Source: Podarcis cretensis | Taxonomy: Eukaryota | Direction of reading: 5' to 3' | Assembly: GCA_951804945.1 (NCBI GenBank) | Contig: OX638156.1 | Location: 26,040,001 to 26,104,000 of the forward strand | DNA length: 64,000 bases | Shown here: in pieces, positions 12,291 to 25,210 of the stretch | How the letters are laid out: each line of letters starts with the position of its first letter | Numbering within the stretch: the stretch's first letter is position 1 | Made by a program: the position numbers and the translations under genes | Notes under the pieces: model-generated | Seen by the model: only the letters and a program-made list of their open reading frames with translations | The model's database searches: none | What the model was told of the DNA's origin: nothing

Positions 12291-15200
12291 ATTTGAGTGG
12301 AGTCCTGAGATGGAAAAGCTGGTTATTTGTGCAATATGCTCTTCCTATGTTTTTTTTTCTGGGGCCAAGCTGCTTGTATTCCCTATTTGCACCAAAAATT
12401 TTCCCATTACAAAAGTTCCTGCTTGCACACTTAAAGCTTACTTGACATGGGGACCAGAATGATACCAGTGATTGCCTTCTGCTATGTACCCTATCCGAGT
12501 GTTGTGGCTTCCATTGTTGATATGTTTTAATTGGCTGCAGAGTTAGCTGGCATCCTGTGCTCAGTTGTGGCTGAGTGGGAAGCAGCCATCTTGGTCTCCC
12601 CATTGAGCCAGTGACTGTGTAGTTGCTTACAACAGCTCTTTTGCTGTTTTAATGTTATGCTGGTGGTGGAGGCAGGATTTTGGCTGGTGGAGGACATGAT
12701 CTGTGCTAAGCTGCCCTTTCTGTCAACTTAACCAGGGTACCGTAGAACTTCACATTGGCATAAAGTTATGCTGCTGTCATGAGGGATTTAGGAGCAATCC
12801 TTTTTTTTATCTAGCCCGCATAACTTGAAGTTGGGATTGTGCTGTGAGATCTCTTTAATTAGACTAGAAAGAATAGTTGGAAAAGAGCGGGGGAAGGAAT
12901 CTGACTATGCCTGTTCAATGTGCAAATTATGAATATTTATAACTGTGAAGCAGACTGCTCATTTAGGGTAAGAGGGACAGAGTTAAATCCTAGCCTTACT
13001 CTCTTGTAGAAATCGAGGACCCATTCAAAGGTAACACTAAACTATGGACTTGGGCAAAGTCCTCTTTACCATGTCCACAAGCAGGAGAGTGGCAGCATCT
13101 AGTTCCACTTTTAAACTACCCATAGTTCCCAACTGCACCCAAACTCTGGGAACTGGCTAGTTTAATTTATGGTTAGTAAGCAAGATAGAATCGTAAGCCA
13201 TAGTTTGACCCTGACGACTTCTTTTTTGAACTCGACATAGTTTAAACCAGTGATGGAGAACCTGTGGCCCTTCAGATATTGTAGGCTTACAAATCCCATT
13301 TACCTGACTATTGGGTTTGATGGGAGTTGGAGTCTAACAACCTTGGTAGAGCCAATGTTGGTTTAAACGAAGTTTATTTACTTTTATTTATTTATATAAG
13401 CATTTATATACTGCCCTCGCAGAACATTAGGGTGGGATACAACAGCACAAAAACATTTAAAAGCAACACAAAGCAATAATTAAAACCAGTTGCTTCTGAT
13501 ACCCTGGTGCCCAAGTTGTGTAGGGCAAGTTGTAGCTGGGGCCCATTGGGACTGCTAGGGTGGAAGGCAGAGTGATATGCAATAGATAGAGCCTATTCTA
13601 GCCCTGTCTCCTGCCACAAATCCTCCCTGTTATTAGGTGCAGCGCCCATCAGGTCGGCCAGCGTTGCCAATGGCCAGGGATAACTGGAGTTGTAGTTCAA
13701 CAACATCTGGAGGTTCCACAGGTTAATCACCGCTGAATGGGCCCCATGCATAGTTTTCAGGGGGTATAAAGATTTCTGTAGAGGGCTGGATTGCCTTGGG
13801 AGGTGCTGTTCTTGTTTTTTCATGGTGGAAATCCTGTTCTGTCTGTGCATGAAAGAGAGAGAAGGAGAGAGTGGGTGTGTACCATCAACACTGTGGTATT
13901 CTGTGATAATGTAGCAGAAGGGTTCCCACGCCCTAGAGAGGGTGTGTGCATGTTTTGGGGAAAGGATTGAGGGGGGGTTGAGTTCAGGGCATGACATATC
14001 TGCCTGGGCAAGGCTAGAGCATGGTGGGGCTCTGTTCGCAGTTCTGCCACCAGAATCCTCTCTCCTCTTTTAAAAGAATTGTAGGCCCCCTCGGGGCTGG
14101 GTTTGGCCATTTTTGGCTGTAAATGAAGCGAATGCTTGCCTTCCGACCAGGGTCTTTTCACCTGTTTGAGGCTCCCGCTTGTCTTGCCATCCCTCCCGTC
14201 CCCTTGCCCCAAGGGATTGTGGGAAATTTGCCAAGGAATGCCTGGCTAGGTTGAGGCCTAGTAGTCAAATAAAATGTTTGCTGATAATGCCATTTGCTGG
14301 GAATGAAAAGGAGGGGTTCAGGATCCTGTTCTCCACCTCTTCATTAACAAAAAAAAAGTCCCTGAAAAAGGAACTTTCATCTTCTTACATACCTATAAAT
14401 CAATCAATAAATGCAAATGTTTAATAAGAACTGTCTTATGTACAAACCGGGCAGGGCATTGAGGCCTCCTTGCTTCCCACTCCAACCCACCAGCAACGTC
14501 CTTTGCTTAGCACCAGCCGTGGCCACTGCACAGGCAGGGCATTTCTCTCCCCCCAATTCGGCCGGCTTCTCTCTCCCTCTCTCTCTCCCTCCAGCCCCCG
14601 ACACCCCCAATTCCTTTTGGCTATGGGCCTGTCAAAGCTGAGGAGATGGGGAAAGGAGGAGGGCTCTTCTGTTCCATTATCAACGTGGCAGCTTGGGCGG
14701 CCAGCTGTCATGCGGCTAATCCTGCTGGTGGTGGGGGAATGACAGGATCGCGCTAGGTTGGGCCAGGCAAAGCAGCTGCTCCCTGGCCTGCTCTGCTACT
14801 TCCTTTTGTCCTTTCCCCACCAAACGCCCTCCTCCCCTCCTTGGGGACTTGTGAATGCATCCTTCTCCCTGTTTCGGAGGCGGCGGAGGGGAGCGGACAG
14901 GCGGGTGCTGGGGACTCTTGCCTTGCATGCATGGTGTGTGGATGGCTTGTGTAGTCTTGAGCCCTCCACCCCTTGCAGACGTGGGGAACTTTTCCTGTAG
15001 GGCTGCCATACGTCGGGGCAGGGGGTTCCAGAAGGAGCCGGGTTGTCTTGGATCTTCAGCAAGTAAACCAAGAAATCACTTTTGGGGGGGGGGGGAGGTT
15101 GTCTACTTCTTGAAATATGGCAACCCTATTTTCCTGTCTCCCATTCTTTCCATAAGGCTGCCGTGGGGACAGGCCATAGCTCAATGTTGGAGCTGCCACT

Positions 15201-18200
15201 TTCCATGCAGAAGGTCCAAGGTTCAATCCCTGGTCGGGTTAGGAATGTCCCCAAACTGAGACATCAGAGAGCAGCTGCCACATAGCATAGAGAATTACAA
15301 AACGAGGTTGGCCAATGGTCTGACTCTTTATAAGGTGACTTCCTATGAGGGCCTTTCAGCTCTCCACTTGGACCACATTGGCACCATTCTTTGAAAGCAC
15401 TATCGTGCTACTTCAACAACCCCAAGGAAACCTGCCTGGTGAAGAGGGTGCCCAGGCAGAATGCAGAACCCCTTCCCAAGCTCTCATTTCCTCTTGTTGG
15501 AACCGGTGAGGAAAGACAATCAGATGCATTCTCTTGCCACCAGCAGTTGAAAATAAGCTTATACTTATTCTCTTCAAACTTGGGTGCAAAAATGACCCTG
15601 CCCCCTCTTCCTCTTGTGTTTATTTTCTGGAACTCCCATCATCTCTGACCACTGGTCCTGCTAGCTAGGGATGATGGGAGTTGTAGTCCAGCAATAGCTG
15701 GGGACCCAAGTTTGAGAAATACTGCATTAAGGGATGCCAACTAGGGCTTTAAAAGTATGCAGTACCCAAACCAGACATTTAAAGCATTATTAAACTATTT
15801 TAATAGTCATGGCTTTCCCCAAAGAAACCAAGGAGATGCAGTTTGGTAAGGGTGCTGAGAGTCAAAGAAGATGCCTATCAGCTTCAGAGAGCCATAATTC
15901 CCAAAGTTCTCTGGGAAGAGGGATTGACTGTTAAACCGTTCTGGGAATTGCAGCTCTTGTCGGGGACAGGGGTCTCCTAACAACTCTCAGCATCCATAAT
16001 AAACTACAGATAGACATGCAGCATTTCAGCTACATGGCTGAAACTACATAACAACCACCACCTCACAGTTTTGGATGCCACGCATTCATTCAGCTTTTTA
16101 AGCAACTAAGCTACTGGTTCCAACTATGGGGAAAATGCCAGCATGCAATTATCATGTGGCAGTCTGCATTGCTCAAGACGTCTTAGTTTGGAGGGGCAGG
16201 GGAGATGGCTAAACTGGGGACAGAACATGTCTGTCCAACATGGGGACAGAAATCCTGATTGATCAAGGTTCCATCCTCTGTGTTGGAAACTCTTCCTGAG
16301 TAGAAACACTATTTCAGATTAATCCTGATCGCGTGTTGGCTAGGGGTGTGCCGATCGTGCTTTGCTGTTGAGCGGGTAGAGCTTGCCTTGCACATTCTCA
16401 CTTTCCCCATAATGTGCTTGTCCTTGAATTCCTTCATAGGGCTCAGTGATGGTCTCCCAGTGTAGCTTTGAGTGCCAAGCAATACAGTGTCCGCTGCAGG
16501 GCTTTTGTCTTTCTGGATCTGCCTTTGATGGGTGTTGCGTTTGGGGCCAGGTCAAGGGCCATGCTAAGCTGATGATCTCTTCCATTTCTAATGACCTTAC
16601 GACAGGAAATGAAAGTGCGAGCAGCGGCAACAGCACTGCTGTGCAAGTCCCCCCCCCCCCGCCTTTCTTGTTGTTGCATCTGAGCCTTCTGCTCTTGACT
16701 GTTACCATTTTGCAGCTGGGATGTGCAGAACTTTGACCACAGTTGGTGTGGCGTGCAGCTCCTCTCCAAGCAAATTAAATGTAGGGCAGTGCTATGGCAG
16801 CAGGCAAATGGCTTCACGGCAAATGCTCTTTGCCTTTCAACTGCTCACCTGGGAGCCGTTGCTGCTGTTGCAGCTGCCAGTCCGCTGGTGAGTGTTTTGC
16901 AATGTTTACTACGATCTTAGATGCCTGTTATATTCATCGCATGAAGGGTTGCCATGTGTAAACAAGGAGTAACTGGCTGTTGCAGACGATTCTGAAGGAG
17001 GCGAGCAGAGAAAGCCGAAAGGGGTCACATCATTTGTCTCTGCTTATGTTATCTGTCCTTTGGGCAGCTAGCTCTTTAGCTGCTTAAGAAGCAGTGGCTG
17101 GTGCCCATTGGCACGGGGGGGGGGGGGGCGCAGAAGGCAGGGAGCCCAAACAGTAGGTGGAGCCAGAGTCAATAACAGGCAGAGCCAAACAAGTGTTTTG
17201 TCCCCATCCTCCTCCCTGCTGAGTTCTTCAGGGGCAGCACGGAGGCTTAGCTGACAAACAGAGCCACCTCTTGACCTGGTGTAAGAAGGCAGGTAGGGGT
17301 TGACTGAGGACAGTGCCCCATTCACTCGATAAGGGAGCAGGCTCCGATCCTACTGAAAAAAGGACAAGCATTGATAGATCAAGGAAGACAAGTGATAGTT
17401 CTGTGGTCCCCATTGGATTTCTTTGCCTATGACTGGGTGGGGGACCCTTTAGAAGTTACAACAGTTCTCTCTGGGGTGTGTAAGGCTTAGCCACGGTCTG
17501 GCCACCTTCCCTCTTTTTCAACTTCTATAAAAATCATACTGGCAGGAGCAACCTAGAGTCCAGAGGAGGCCGTCGTGGGGGTCATCAAACTGCCGAATTG
17601 GAAACAGTGCTAGAAACTCAGATATAGAAGCTGGGAGCCCACTAGAGCAGCTCTTGACGTTCCTGCTGAGATTCAAGCACTTTCAGGTGTCTTAAAAAAG
17701 AAAAAGAAAAGCGGACCAGCCAACGCAGTTGTCAAATTTTTGGGGGGGTCATTTTGATGGTCTTCATTTGCTTTTAAAGGTTTTTTACATTGCTATACAA
17801 AGCCTTGATGTTTTGTGAGAGGGAGCGTATATCAATACTTTTATTAATTGAATGGTTTTAAAAAATGCAGCCGTTTGCTTCAGGGCCTCGCTTGTTCGCA
17901 GATAATATGCATTTCTCTCGTCTGGCTATCAGAGAGTAGCGGGTGGCAGGAGGCAGGGAGGGGAGCAGAATAACTTTGCAAAAGCATCTATCTATCTCTC
18001 TCTGAGTGTGAGAGAGAACAAGAGAAGCACAGAGCCCATTTGTCTCGCCTTGCACTGTGGGAGGAGGGTTGGCATCTTGACTTGGTGGGCTACTGGACCC
18101 CTCCCCGGATTGTCTGCCCTGTCAAAGCCACCTGTTGCTCTGCGGCCTGCAAGTTTGTGGCTGACAGATGTACCGCATGGGGAGCAGAGGGAGCAGAAAG

Positions 18201-18817
18201 TGTTGAGACCCCAGGGAACCCTCCTTGGCTCTGATCTGCCGGGCCTGGTTTTTTGTTTGTTTTTAAGGCAGGCAGGAGAAGGTGGTAGAGTGGATTCTGC
18301 TGCTTGGGGTGATGCTGTTTGCTTTGGCAGGTGTTTCCCGTACAGCTGGGTTTAACCATATGGGTGCCCACAGAGACTTGCTGAATGAAAAAGAGGAGGA
18401 TATCCGTATCTCGGTTCGCTGTGTTCAAACCAAAGTGATATAAAGAAATCTGCAAGCCCGCTTGTGCAGAAACCTCTGTGCATGCTTTATTTTAAATATT
18501 AGGATTTCTTTTCAAAACATAGAGAAAAGAGCCAAATATCCACCCTGGCGGCAGGAGGAATTATTATATTTAGTTTTGTGTGTTTTTTTGTCTAGCCCTC
18601 TCTCTGTGTGTACATTGAAGACAATGTTAACTGAAAACTGCACCGTGTATCCATGCAGAACACACAAGCCTGACCTGTAGACACCGGACACTATTGTGTG
18701 TGTGCATTCTTCACTACAACCATGCTAGAGTCTTGACCCTTTTTTAAAAGAAAAGGAAACGAATTTTGCAGGAATCAAATGCTGCCCTATAGCAAATTTC
18801 TCTCTGAAACTGTAAGA

Positions 18818-19066
18818 CATGGGTAGGCAAACTAAGGCCTGGGTGCCGGATCCGGCCCAATCGCCTTCTAAATCCGGCCCACAGACAGTCTGGGAATCAG
18901 CGTGTTTTTACATGAGTAGAATGTGTGCTTTTATTTAAAATGCATCTCTGGGTTATTTGTGGGGCATAGGCATTTGTTCTCCCCCTGCCCCAAATATAGT
19001 CCGGCCCCCCACAAGGTCTGAGGGACAGTGGACCATCGTCCTGCTGAAAAAGTTTGCTGACCCCTG
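18818..19066. mobile_element. hAT (Charlie-like) MITE, ~250-bp family
   Basis: Termini CATGGGTAGGCAAACT / AGTTTGCTGACCCCTG; TSD CTGTAAGA / CTATAAGA. Same family at 41864 and 51708. Confidence 0.88.
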
Positions 19067-22000
19067 CTATAAGACAAACAGTGGCAAATGTGGGTCCCCA
19101 GAACACTGAGGAGCTGGTGCACACAATAAGCCAAACACATTGCAGACCAAGTCAGAATTCCTGTGTCTTTTAAAGGCTTCTACAGAAGAGGGAACTTTAG
19201 CCAGTGGCACTAGTTGTACTGGATTGAGAAAAGCAAATCTGGTGTTGTGTAGTGGTTAAAGTATTGCGCTTTGACCTGGGAGACTAGGGTTCAAATCTCA
19301 ACTTGGCCATGAAACTCACTGGGTGATCTTGGACCAGTCACCATCTCTCAGCCTAACCTGTATCACAGGGTTAGTTATATCAATTTATTGGCATATATAT
19401 ATATAAATTATATACCGCTGTGTCATAAAAATATATATATCACAGTGGTTTACAACAGTGAACCTGAATGCTGGAAGATTCAGGACAGAGAAAAGGGGTT
19501 ATCTTTTTCACACAGTGCATAGTTTAACTATGGAACTCGCTGCCTCAAAGATGTGGGCATGGCTGCTCCCTTGAATGGCTTTAGAAGAGTCTAGAAGTCA
19601 TAGAGAACAAGGCGCTCAGTGGCCACTTTGCTCTATCTGCCTCCCTTGGGGACTGTCTTGCCCTGTTTTCTGCTCCTATGGCTCCCATTGGGCCGAGTGA
19701 TCCAGTAGCAGGGAGGAAGCACTTGAGGAGAAGGGCAGGCAGCATGGGAGCAGTCTGGCCACTAGGCAGGAAGTGGGCAGGAAGCAATAGGGAAGTTGGC
19801 TGACTTCGGCCGCTGCTGCCTTCCCTTATTTTTCCTGTCTGCCGTCTTTGCATATTGCTCCTGCTTGCATTTTGAATGGGGTTAAGGACAGGTGTCCTCC
19901 CGTAAGTTGGCGCTCATGCCTGTGGGCCCTTTCTTCATCTTTTCAGCGGCCATCCCTTAGCTCAGCAGCTGTGGGATTTCAGAACCTGCCTTTATAACGG
20001 CTGTCAATTCTATGTCTTGAGTCAACCTCTCTCTGGTACTAGAGAAAATGCTTTGTTTGCTTGCTTCAGTTACATCTCCATCTCTGCAGAGCTCTAGGTG
20101 GCAAACATGGTTCTCCCCCATCTCCTTTAACCCCCACAACAGCCCTGTGAGGAAGATTAGGCCGAGAGGTGGTGAACGGTTCAAGCTCACCCAGTGAGCT
20201 TCATGGCTGAGTGGGGATTTGAACCCTGGTCTCCCAGGCCGACCCTCTAACCACTACACCATACTGGCTGTCTCACACGGTCTTTGTTGGTAGATCTGGA
20301 CCTGCTGTGTTAGTGTCACAAAGGTCTTTTAACCAGTGTTAGAAATTAGCCTGGTGCCAGGCGTGTTTTGCAACATGCTAGCTGTTGGAACTGCCCTTCT
20401 GCCCATGGTAACTTCCTTTGCCAAAATAGCAAAAAGTCATATTTGTGTGCTCTCTACACCTTCTGAGCATCACGGACTCATTGCACAAATTCAGCCTTGT
20501 TGCATTTCCTCTCTCCTCAGTCTGTCCTCCTGCTCCTTTTTTTTGGGGGGGGGGCAATTCCCCCATTGGGATTCCACCGCTGGAAAACCAAACCCCACCC
20601 TAATAGCAGCAGCCTGGCGTCTGCTTGCTTTCTATTTAAATTGGTCCCTCTCCAATGTGGTATAATAATTAGGTTGCCTCAGACCAGTAGAATCAGCTAG
20701 TTGCTGCAAGCTGAGAATTAGTGTTCCTTTTTCTTTGTAGGAACGCTAAAGGAAATCTCTCCCTTCCTTTTGCTCAACAAGGTGCGTTTTATTCTCTTTG
20801 AACTTAAAACTCGCTACTAGCAACCTGCTTCAGCATTTGAGATCTGCTGCTAGCAACTTCATCTGGACCAACTTGGTGTCTTTTGCCATATTTCCACAGG
20901 TTTCTCTCAGCCTTGAACTGCTTGGCCACCACCTTGTTATCACGGAGACCCGTTACCTGTGTTCACTGGCAGAAACTTGCAGCAAAGCTGCTCTGACATC
21001 CCACTCTCCACCCCCCCCCTCAAAACCTGCTGCTTCAGCAGACATGTTTCTCTGCAGGGTTGGGCTGAAAGTCATATAGAAACATGTAGCAATCCATCAA
21101 GCAGTCAGTCTTAAAGCCTGCCCTGATAAGATCAGGCCTTTTCCCTTTGCTTTGGCTGCTAGCCAGGTTGGTAGCAAACATCTCTCCTCAAGAGAAACAC
21201 TGTATTCTTGAACCACTTGTGTTCTTTGATAATAAGAATGTACAGCCCGTGGCATGTCTGTCTCAAGGCAACTTTTCCAACAGGTTGTCAACAAGTGGTG
21301 GAGCCAGTGTTTGAAACTCAGGTATATAACCTAGGCGCCAAATGGCACCTTAAACCTAGGTTACGGTTGCGACAGCAAGACCCTCTTGGTCTCTTCCAAT
21401 GCTACAGTTCTATGATCTCATGTACATTGCTTGCCACTTGCTCTTTCAATAATTCACTTGTCCCAGTAAAACACACACAGTGGAAATGGTAGTAAAGCAG
21501 AGGTTTTAAAACTGTGGTTGCAAACCTGGCACCCAGAAATCTCCACACAGTCCTGCACCAGTCGCAAAAAACGCCTGGCGCCTGGCTAATATCTAACACT
21601 GAGTGAGAAGGCAGGAGTGAATTTCTTCTTCCCCTTTTCTCTCCTTGGCCTGAATAACAAAATTAACTAGGCCTGTCCATGGACTGAGATCAGCAGAGGA
21701 AGCCCTGTTTTGGTCTAAACCATGAATCATGGCTTAATAAACTAGAATATGCACAATCAACATGTACCTGCAAGCAGCTGCCCTGTTCTACACAAGCAAG
21801 AAAACGAGCCAAGCAGTTGCTCTTAACCATAGTTTGGTGTTACATCCAAATTAGGAAACTATGGTTAACAGCTTCCACAGGAGGCAGCGATGGCCATCAA
21901 CTTGGATGGCTTTAAAACAATATTAGACAAATACATGGAGGAAAAGGCTTTCGGTGGCTACTCCACTCTCAGAGGCATTACACTGCTGGAAATTGCAGGT

Positions 22001-22633
22001 AGAGATTGATGTTGCGCTCATGCCCAGCTTGTAGGCTTCCCACTGGCATCCAGTTGGCCACTGTGAGGACAGGAAACTGGCCTGCATAATCAGGCCTGGC
22101 TCATGTTCTTATGACGCAGTTGTCTTTTGTTGAATTATTCTATTATCTCGCTGTATTTCTGCCCCACTTTTCTATGAACTATTTTCACAGCAGCTAACAG
22201 TCTGAAAGGTCATACTTGAACAGAGGAAAACCAGAGAGAAGCTCCCATGGGCTGCTCTTCAATTAGGAATCTGCCGTACACCAGGTCAGACCACTTGGTC
22301 AGTATTGTTTCGGTCAGTATAGTTCACACTGACGAGCAGTGGCTCTCCAGGCAGAGGAGACTCCCAGCCCTACCTGGAGATGCCAGGGATTGAACCTGGA
22401 GCCTTTTGCAGGCATTGTACTTTCTCTGCCATTGAGCTGCAGAGAGGGCTCTTCCCCAAGGCTCAAAGCATCAAGAAGTTCAACTCTACTCATTTGGGTC
22501 CAAATAGAGACAGCGGTATGGTTTCCCACTACAGATGTTCTTTAACTCAGCAACGCCAAGCTGATTGTTTTGTCACCTGCGTATGTTAGTGGCCACCTGT
22601 TTGCTTGTGCCCTGTTCTGTTCTTTGAGCCCAA

Positions 22634-22985
22634 GGGACTCTGGTGGTGCTGTGGTCCAAGCCACTAAGCCTCTTGGGCTTGCCGAGCGGAAGGTCGGCGG
22701 TTCAAATCTGCACGACGGTGGTGAGCTCCCATTGCTCTGTCCCAGCTCTTGCCAACCTAGCAGTTCAAAAGCACGCCAGTGCAAGTAGATAAATAGGTAC
22801 CAGTGTGGTGGGAAGGTAAACAGCATTTCTGTGTGCTCTGGTTTCTGTCATGGTGTCCTATTGCACCAGAAGCGGCTCAGTCATGCTGGTCACATGACCC
22901 AGAAAGCTGTCTGTGGACAAACGCAGGCTCCCTCGGCTTTGATTGGACATAACTGTCCAGGGGTCTTTTACCTTTTTCCTTTTAC
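22634..22985 (+). mobile_element. Sauria-type SINE (divergent subfamily 'C')
   Basis: tRNA-like head, TTTACC tail, 13-bp duplication CTGTTCTTTGAGC (22617-22629, 22986-22998). Confidence 0.85.
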
Positions 22986-23046
22986 CTGTTCTTTGAGCTC
23001 CTGTTGGTAACTTAACCATGGCAACCTTTCTCTCCCTTCTTTCTAG

Positions 23047-23152
23047 GCCAAAAGGAAGCTGGATCTGGAAGGAACAGGCCAGCAGTGCATCCCAGAGTTC
23101 CGAACCCCAAAGGGCAAAGGAAGGACACTCCCACACATCCCCAGTCCCAAAA
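23047..23152 (+). CDS. E2F2: E2F2 coding exon 2 (cyclin A-binding RxL / NLS region)
   Basis: Pyrimidine tract and TAG acceptor ending at 23046, GTAAGT donor at 23153. 106 nt encoding AKRKLDLEGTGQQCIPEFRTPKGKGRTLPHIPSPK, matching the AKRKLDLE motif of activator E2Fs. Confidence 0.95.
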
Positions 23153-23395
23153 GTAAGTGGAAGCAGAAGTCCTGGGTGGAGAAAAGGTTGCATTATTTTA
23201 TTTTTAGTTGCCATTTTTTAAAATTGAAAAATCAAGTTTCTAGCCCTTATGACTGAAGAGATTAGCTTGGAAGTCATGTGGGCAGCGTCCCGGAAAGCTG
23301 AGAAGCTAAAGGTGTGTGTACTGATGAAATAGAAAAAGGTAACTCAATGTACAAAGACACTTTTTAACACGCGTGTGGCTGTACTGTATTGCAAA

Positions 23396-23499
23396 TCATA
23401 GAATTGTAGAGTTGGAAGGGACCCTGAGGGTCTAGTTCAACCCTCTACAGTGCAGGACTCTTTTGCCCAATGTGAGGCTCGAACCCACAACCCTGAGAT
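23396..23499 (-). mobile_element. tRNA-Lys-headed SINE with CR1 tail (partial)
   Basis: Minus strand reads ATCTCAGGGTTGTGGGTTCGAGCCTCACATTGGGC followed by ...CCCTTCCAACTCTACAATTCTATGA. Confidence 0.7.
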
Positions 23500-24033
23500 G
23501 AAGTACGCTAGTATATGTCACTGCAGGGTGTGGAAGAAGAGAGATCAAAACCTACTGGTGGATTGGCGGGTGGTTTGTGGGTGTTTAATAACAGGGATAA
23601 CAGAAAGCTGGTTTCCCCCACCTCTTGTCCAAATTAGGCTGTTAGAATCTCTGGTCTGTAGTAACTCAGATGCAGATTTATGCCTGCAGGTGCAGGTCAC
23701 TCCAGTGTATGGCAGCAAGTAGATGTTTGGCTCCTCCCCGCAAGCTACCGTTTCCCCACCTAGCCCCGCCCCTGCTGTGATTTTGCGCCTGGCAGGGAAA
23801 TTGCAAGGCTCCTGCCTCTGTGTCTCTCAGTTGAGAGTAGCAGAAGGAAGAGGAGGCAGCGATGGCAAAGGAGCAAGCTAACGGGGAAAGCAAGCACTGC
23901 ATGCCACTCCTTCCTTGGGCAACTAGATAGAGGGCACTTTCCAACAGAAGTGAGGGGAAAGGTGGCCACAATCCTGCGGCCAGCTAGTAGGAGATGCCAT
24001 CTGCCAGCATTGAGTCAGGGAAGGCTTGCATTA

Positions 24034-24740
24034 CCGTATTTTTCGCACCATAGGACGCACCGGACAATAGGACGCACCTTGTTTTAGAGGGGGGAGAACA
24101 AGAAAAAAAAAAATCTCCCCCTCTCTGCCCAGCGCCCCTTCAGCGAAGCGGCAGGAGGTGCTGCGCAGAGAGGGGGAGAATTTTCCCCCTCTTGTTTTCC
24201 CGCTCTAAAAGGTGCCGTTTAAGGTGCGTTCAGGCGGCTACCTTGGAAGCCTGGAGAGCGAGAGGGGTCGGTGCGCAATGACCCCTCTCACTCTCCAGGC
24301 TTCAGGTTCCTTTCGATCTGCTCTTTGGGGCTGACGGGGGAAGCCCACCACCAGCCCCTAAGAGCAGGTCAGGGAGCAGCGGAAAGGCGCAGCGGAGAGG
24401 CTGCTGCCATAGTTGCACGTCACTTCTCCAGCTGGGAGAGAGTAAGTGGGGCTTCTTTAGCCCCACGCGGCTCTCCCGGCTAGAGAGGTGGCACGCGGCT
24501 AAAGAGGCTCCTGCCATAGCCAGGAGAGGGTCGCGGGGGGGGCGCTGCTTTATCCCCGCGCGCGCTCTCCCAGCTGGAGAGGTGACGCGCGACTATATAG
24601 GCTCCTGCCATAGCTGCGCATTACCTCTCCAGCCGGGAGAGGGTCGCGGGGCTATGGCGTCTTCGCTCCATAGGACGCACACACATTTCCCCTTCATTTT
24701 TGAAGGGGAAAAAGTGCGTCCTATAGAGCGAAAAATACGG
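24034..24740. mobile_element. Tc1/mariner-pogo non-autonomous element, CpG-rich
   Basis: 27-bp TIRs CCGTATTTTTCGC(A/T)C(C/T)ATAGGACGCAC, TA on both sides, subterminal ATAGGACGCAC repeats. Confidence 0.92.
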
Positions 24741-25150
24741 TACTTTCTTGCAGCACACAAGCAGCTTAGATCTTGGCAGATCTTAGGAAGTTGCTTTTTG
24801 CAGAGTTGAGCTATTGGGCAGTGAGTGAGGGGCAGCTGCCTTTCCCCCTCCACATACAGCTGTCATTCCCATTGGGGCATTTTATAGGACTCAGAAGGGT
24901 TGAGCGAGAGGCTCATTGTAGCTTGAAGCAGCAGCAGAGCTTGTCCCATTTTAAAAGGAAAGGGTTTATATTCTTTCCTGCCACATCTCAATGGGATGCT
25001 TAGGTTTCCTTTCTCCTCCTGTGATGAGGTTTCAATATTTTAATGTTGTATTTTAATTTTGTTTTTAATTTGTATTCATTCAATTTGTATTCATTCAAAT
25101 TGCTTGTTAGCCACCCTGAGCCTGGCCTTGGTTTGGGAAGGTGGGGTATA

Positions 25151-25164
25151 AATAATAATAATAA

Positions 25165-25195
<31 letters not shown>

Positions 25196-25210
25196 AAGAA
25201 GAAGAAGAAG
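25151..25210 (+). repeat. Compound microsatellite (AAT)5(AAG)15, tail of an L2-type fragment
   Basis: Read directly from the sequence. Confidence 0.95.

Noticed and set aside
16723-16894. Possible alternative first exon ending CTG|GTGAGT
   Set aside because: The donor looks good, but the frame compatible with exon 2 has no ATG, the nearby ATGs are in other phases, and there is no homology support.
1-23046. E2F2 exon 1
   Set aside because: I found no E2F2-like N-terminal coding exon with a phase-0 donor and a CpG-island promoter; it probably lies upstream of the window.
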